DNA from: Schmidtea polychroa
Lineage: Eukaryota
Direction of reading: 5' to 3'
DNA: 64,000 nt
NCBI GenBank assembly: GCA_044892525.1
Contig: CM097887.1
Span: 118,522,397 to 118,586,396, forward strand
Shown here: positions 61,930 to 64,000 of the stretch, in pieces
Layout: every line of letters begins with the position of its first letter
Position numbering within the stretch: position 1 is the stretch's first letter
The notes under the pieces: generated by a model
What the model was told of the DNA's origin: nothing
The model's input: only the letters and a program-made list of their open reading frames with translations
Databases searched by the model: none
Position numbers and translations under genes: made by a program

Positions 61930-61947
61930 CAACAGTCTACTCAATAA
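55675..61947 (+). CDS. CNOT2: CCR4-NOT transcription complex subunit 2, 5 exons
   Basis: Exons 55675-55691, 55737-55784, 55832-55910, 57103-58253, 61227-61947, all phase-consistent. Motifs FSIQQEDFPALP, DAFGLIGL, APGLDTLSLN, YVSP...RPHDMDYPVPKEY and the NOT-box LFWIFY...RQWRYNKREKFW. An in-frame upstream ATG at 55602 via a 52-nt intron is possible. Confidence 0.92.
58314..58632. repeat. Minisatellite, 19 x TTGAATTTATATCATTA (17 bp; two 15-bp variants) in CNOT2 intron
   Basis: Direct count of units; two lack one AT dinucleotide. Confidence 0.97.
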
Positions 61948-62387
61948 TCACAGCTACATCAACTTGTTCCGTGGCTTACATCTATTCAGCCTTGGAAAGC
62001 GAGCGCGAGAGAGAGAGTGAGAGTGTGAGAGAGATAGATAGATAGAGAGTGATAATGATGACTGTATAACAATAATTTTATAAATATATATACGATGAAG
62101 ATCTGATTTCCTAATAATACTAATATTAATAATTATAATAACGATAATATTATAGATATATGTAAATATGGAGATAGTGCTGATGATGATGATGATGATT
62201 GCTGCTGCCGATGCTCCTAACTGCTACTGCTGTTGTTGATGTCAGTATTTTTGATGATAATGATTGCTGTAGATTTTTCCGACTACATTCTCTTATTTTT
62301 AAGAGCTTTTTTTGTCTTCTCAATACAATTTTATTATAATAGAGGCGATTTGTTCTGGTGTGATAATTTTGCTATTTTTATTTCTTT

Positions 62388-62392
<5 letters not shown>

Positions 62393-62444
<52 letters not shown>
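62393..62444. repeat. (TA)n microsatellite
   Basis: About 26 dinucleotide units. Confidence 0.97.
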
Positions 62445-62453
<9 letters not shown>

Positions 62454-63249
62454 TATAAAAGTAGATACGGGAGGAGTTATTTCTCTTATGTTCTCTCAGT
62501 GGCATTTTTGAATGTGGGTTGTGTGCCATCGCTGATATATTTGTGTAAAGCATTTTGAGATAACCTTTGTGTCTCCGTTGTACAAGTTAAATAAAATTAC
62601 GAAATTTTTGATTATTTAATTAGTTTTAAAAATGACTACATGGTTACGGTGATGCTTTATTCAATACATGCACTGTATGTTATAATCATTGATTAGAAAG
62701 AAAACAAGTTTTATATAATATGGTATCTACTAGGAATTGACTTCATTAAACGAATGATTAAAGTAATTACGTAATTGATATTTCTATCTTGTCAGTTTCG
62801 GGCTCATCTTTTCTAACACTTTCATTCTTCTTTGGTTCTATCAGGCCTATATGGAAAAGAACCGGTTATAAAAAGTTCAAATGCAGTAGTATTACAATAT
62901 TTATAAATCATCAATATGCAGAAGTGACTGATAAAAAAATTCTTTTTTGGGAACAAAAATTAATTAAAGGAATCAGATTTTTAACTACCTTTAATTAGTG
63001 CATATTTTTATTTTGAAGTGTATAAAGTAAAAACTGGTTACAAATTTAGGTGTAAAATTTAAAGAAAGTTATGCTAGAGCTGGAACATGGTGAACTAAGA
63101 GCAATATTTCAATCTAAAGCTTTAAGTAGGAACGCGTGTTATCAGTTGTAGTGTGTTGATAGAGTACTCAGCTAGCACCTATCAAATCTTTAGTTTGAGG
63201 AAGAAAAATTGGTGGTTAGAAGTTTTTGATATCTTAAACATTTTGCCAG

Positions 63250-63370
63250 TGAACCAAATAAGTGAGATTTGAACTGCTTTTGCAAGCCAGTTGTTATCTC
63301 TTAAATGAGGCACCAATAGGTCTTTCAGATGTATCAGTATACAATTTAACTGGTAACTTGAAATCAGGAA
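63250..63370 (-). mobile_element. Decayed gypsy RNase H relic
   Basis: PDFKLPVKLYTDTSERPIGASFKR resembles PDF..PF.L.TDAS..AIGAVL. Confidence 0.5.
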
Positions 63371-64000
63371 ATTATGTGAGACCACTTTTCAAGACTATTT
63401 TGCTGGGTCCCCTTCAAGTTGACAGCTATTGATGCATGATGGTCTAGGGAAACATATCGCAAAACTCAAGACATAAGATGACTCTACCACGATGTCAACC
63501 CGAGCAGACTTCCTATGACTATTGCATTACGACAATGTGCCATGAACAATGTTCATATTGGTACTGACCCAAGTCGGCGGAAATCCGTAGAACAGGTGAG
63601 GTACTATTCTTCCACAGAATTCCTTTTCGGGTTATAGAATGCCGATAGAAGGGATTACATCTTAATTGAACCCAGAGTCAGATGGTCGTCGACTTATGAT
63701 ACTCAAGGTCTCTCTACTACTCGCTACTCTACCCACTGTTAAAAGTCATCAACAAACAAGTGAAGGTAACAACCGCACAACAAAACGTTAAGATATATTA
63801 TTAACTATAATCACTCAGTAAAAAGAAATTACAATTCTTGATCAATAAGTCTAATATTAAGTTGGTGCAATATACGGATCGCGCAGGCAAACTACAGGTT
63901 CGCAAAAACCTTCGCGTGCCCGAGATGTAGGACATACAAGATAGATTTAGACGGACGATTGTGTCAAGAAATCAGTGTTTTCGGTTGATCGATGTCAAAC

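Overview
AT-rich eukaryotic (metazoan-like) genomic DNA with three assembly N-gaps and mostly very short GT-AG introns (42-54 nt). The compactness, divergent proteins and a CXorf65-like gene suggest a reduced, possibly ciliated invertebrate or parasite, such as an orthonectid; this is inference only. By reading splice sites by eye I reconstructed seven host genes: a divergent bestrophin (+), CCT8 (-), a TMUB-like membrane/ubiquitin-like gene with an in-frame TAA (-), an ARHGAP19-like RhoGAP (-), a CXorf65/C22orf15-like gene (-), SRRM1 (+) and CNOT2 (+). Intergenic DNA and the few large introns hold many TE relics: hAT MITEs and transposase fragments, mariner, a Penelope-like GIY-YIG fragment and several Ty3/gypsy relics. 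One near-intact 4.5 kb Ty3/gypsy element has 123-bp AGT...ACT LTRs. Best leads: CCT8 with GDGT changed to GEAT; an A-AAA-AAC heptamer plus H-type pseudoknot at the gypsy gag-pol junction; gag opening inside the LTR; a bestrophin with an eroded Ca2+ clasp; a RhoGAP lacking an obvious arginine finger; the stop-interrupted TMUB-like gene; and orphan ORFs next to LTR-like ends. All homology calls come from remembered family motifs, not database searches. I found no clearly novel multi-gene system.
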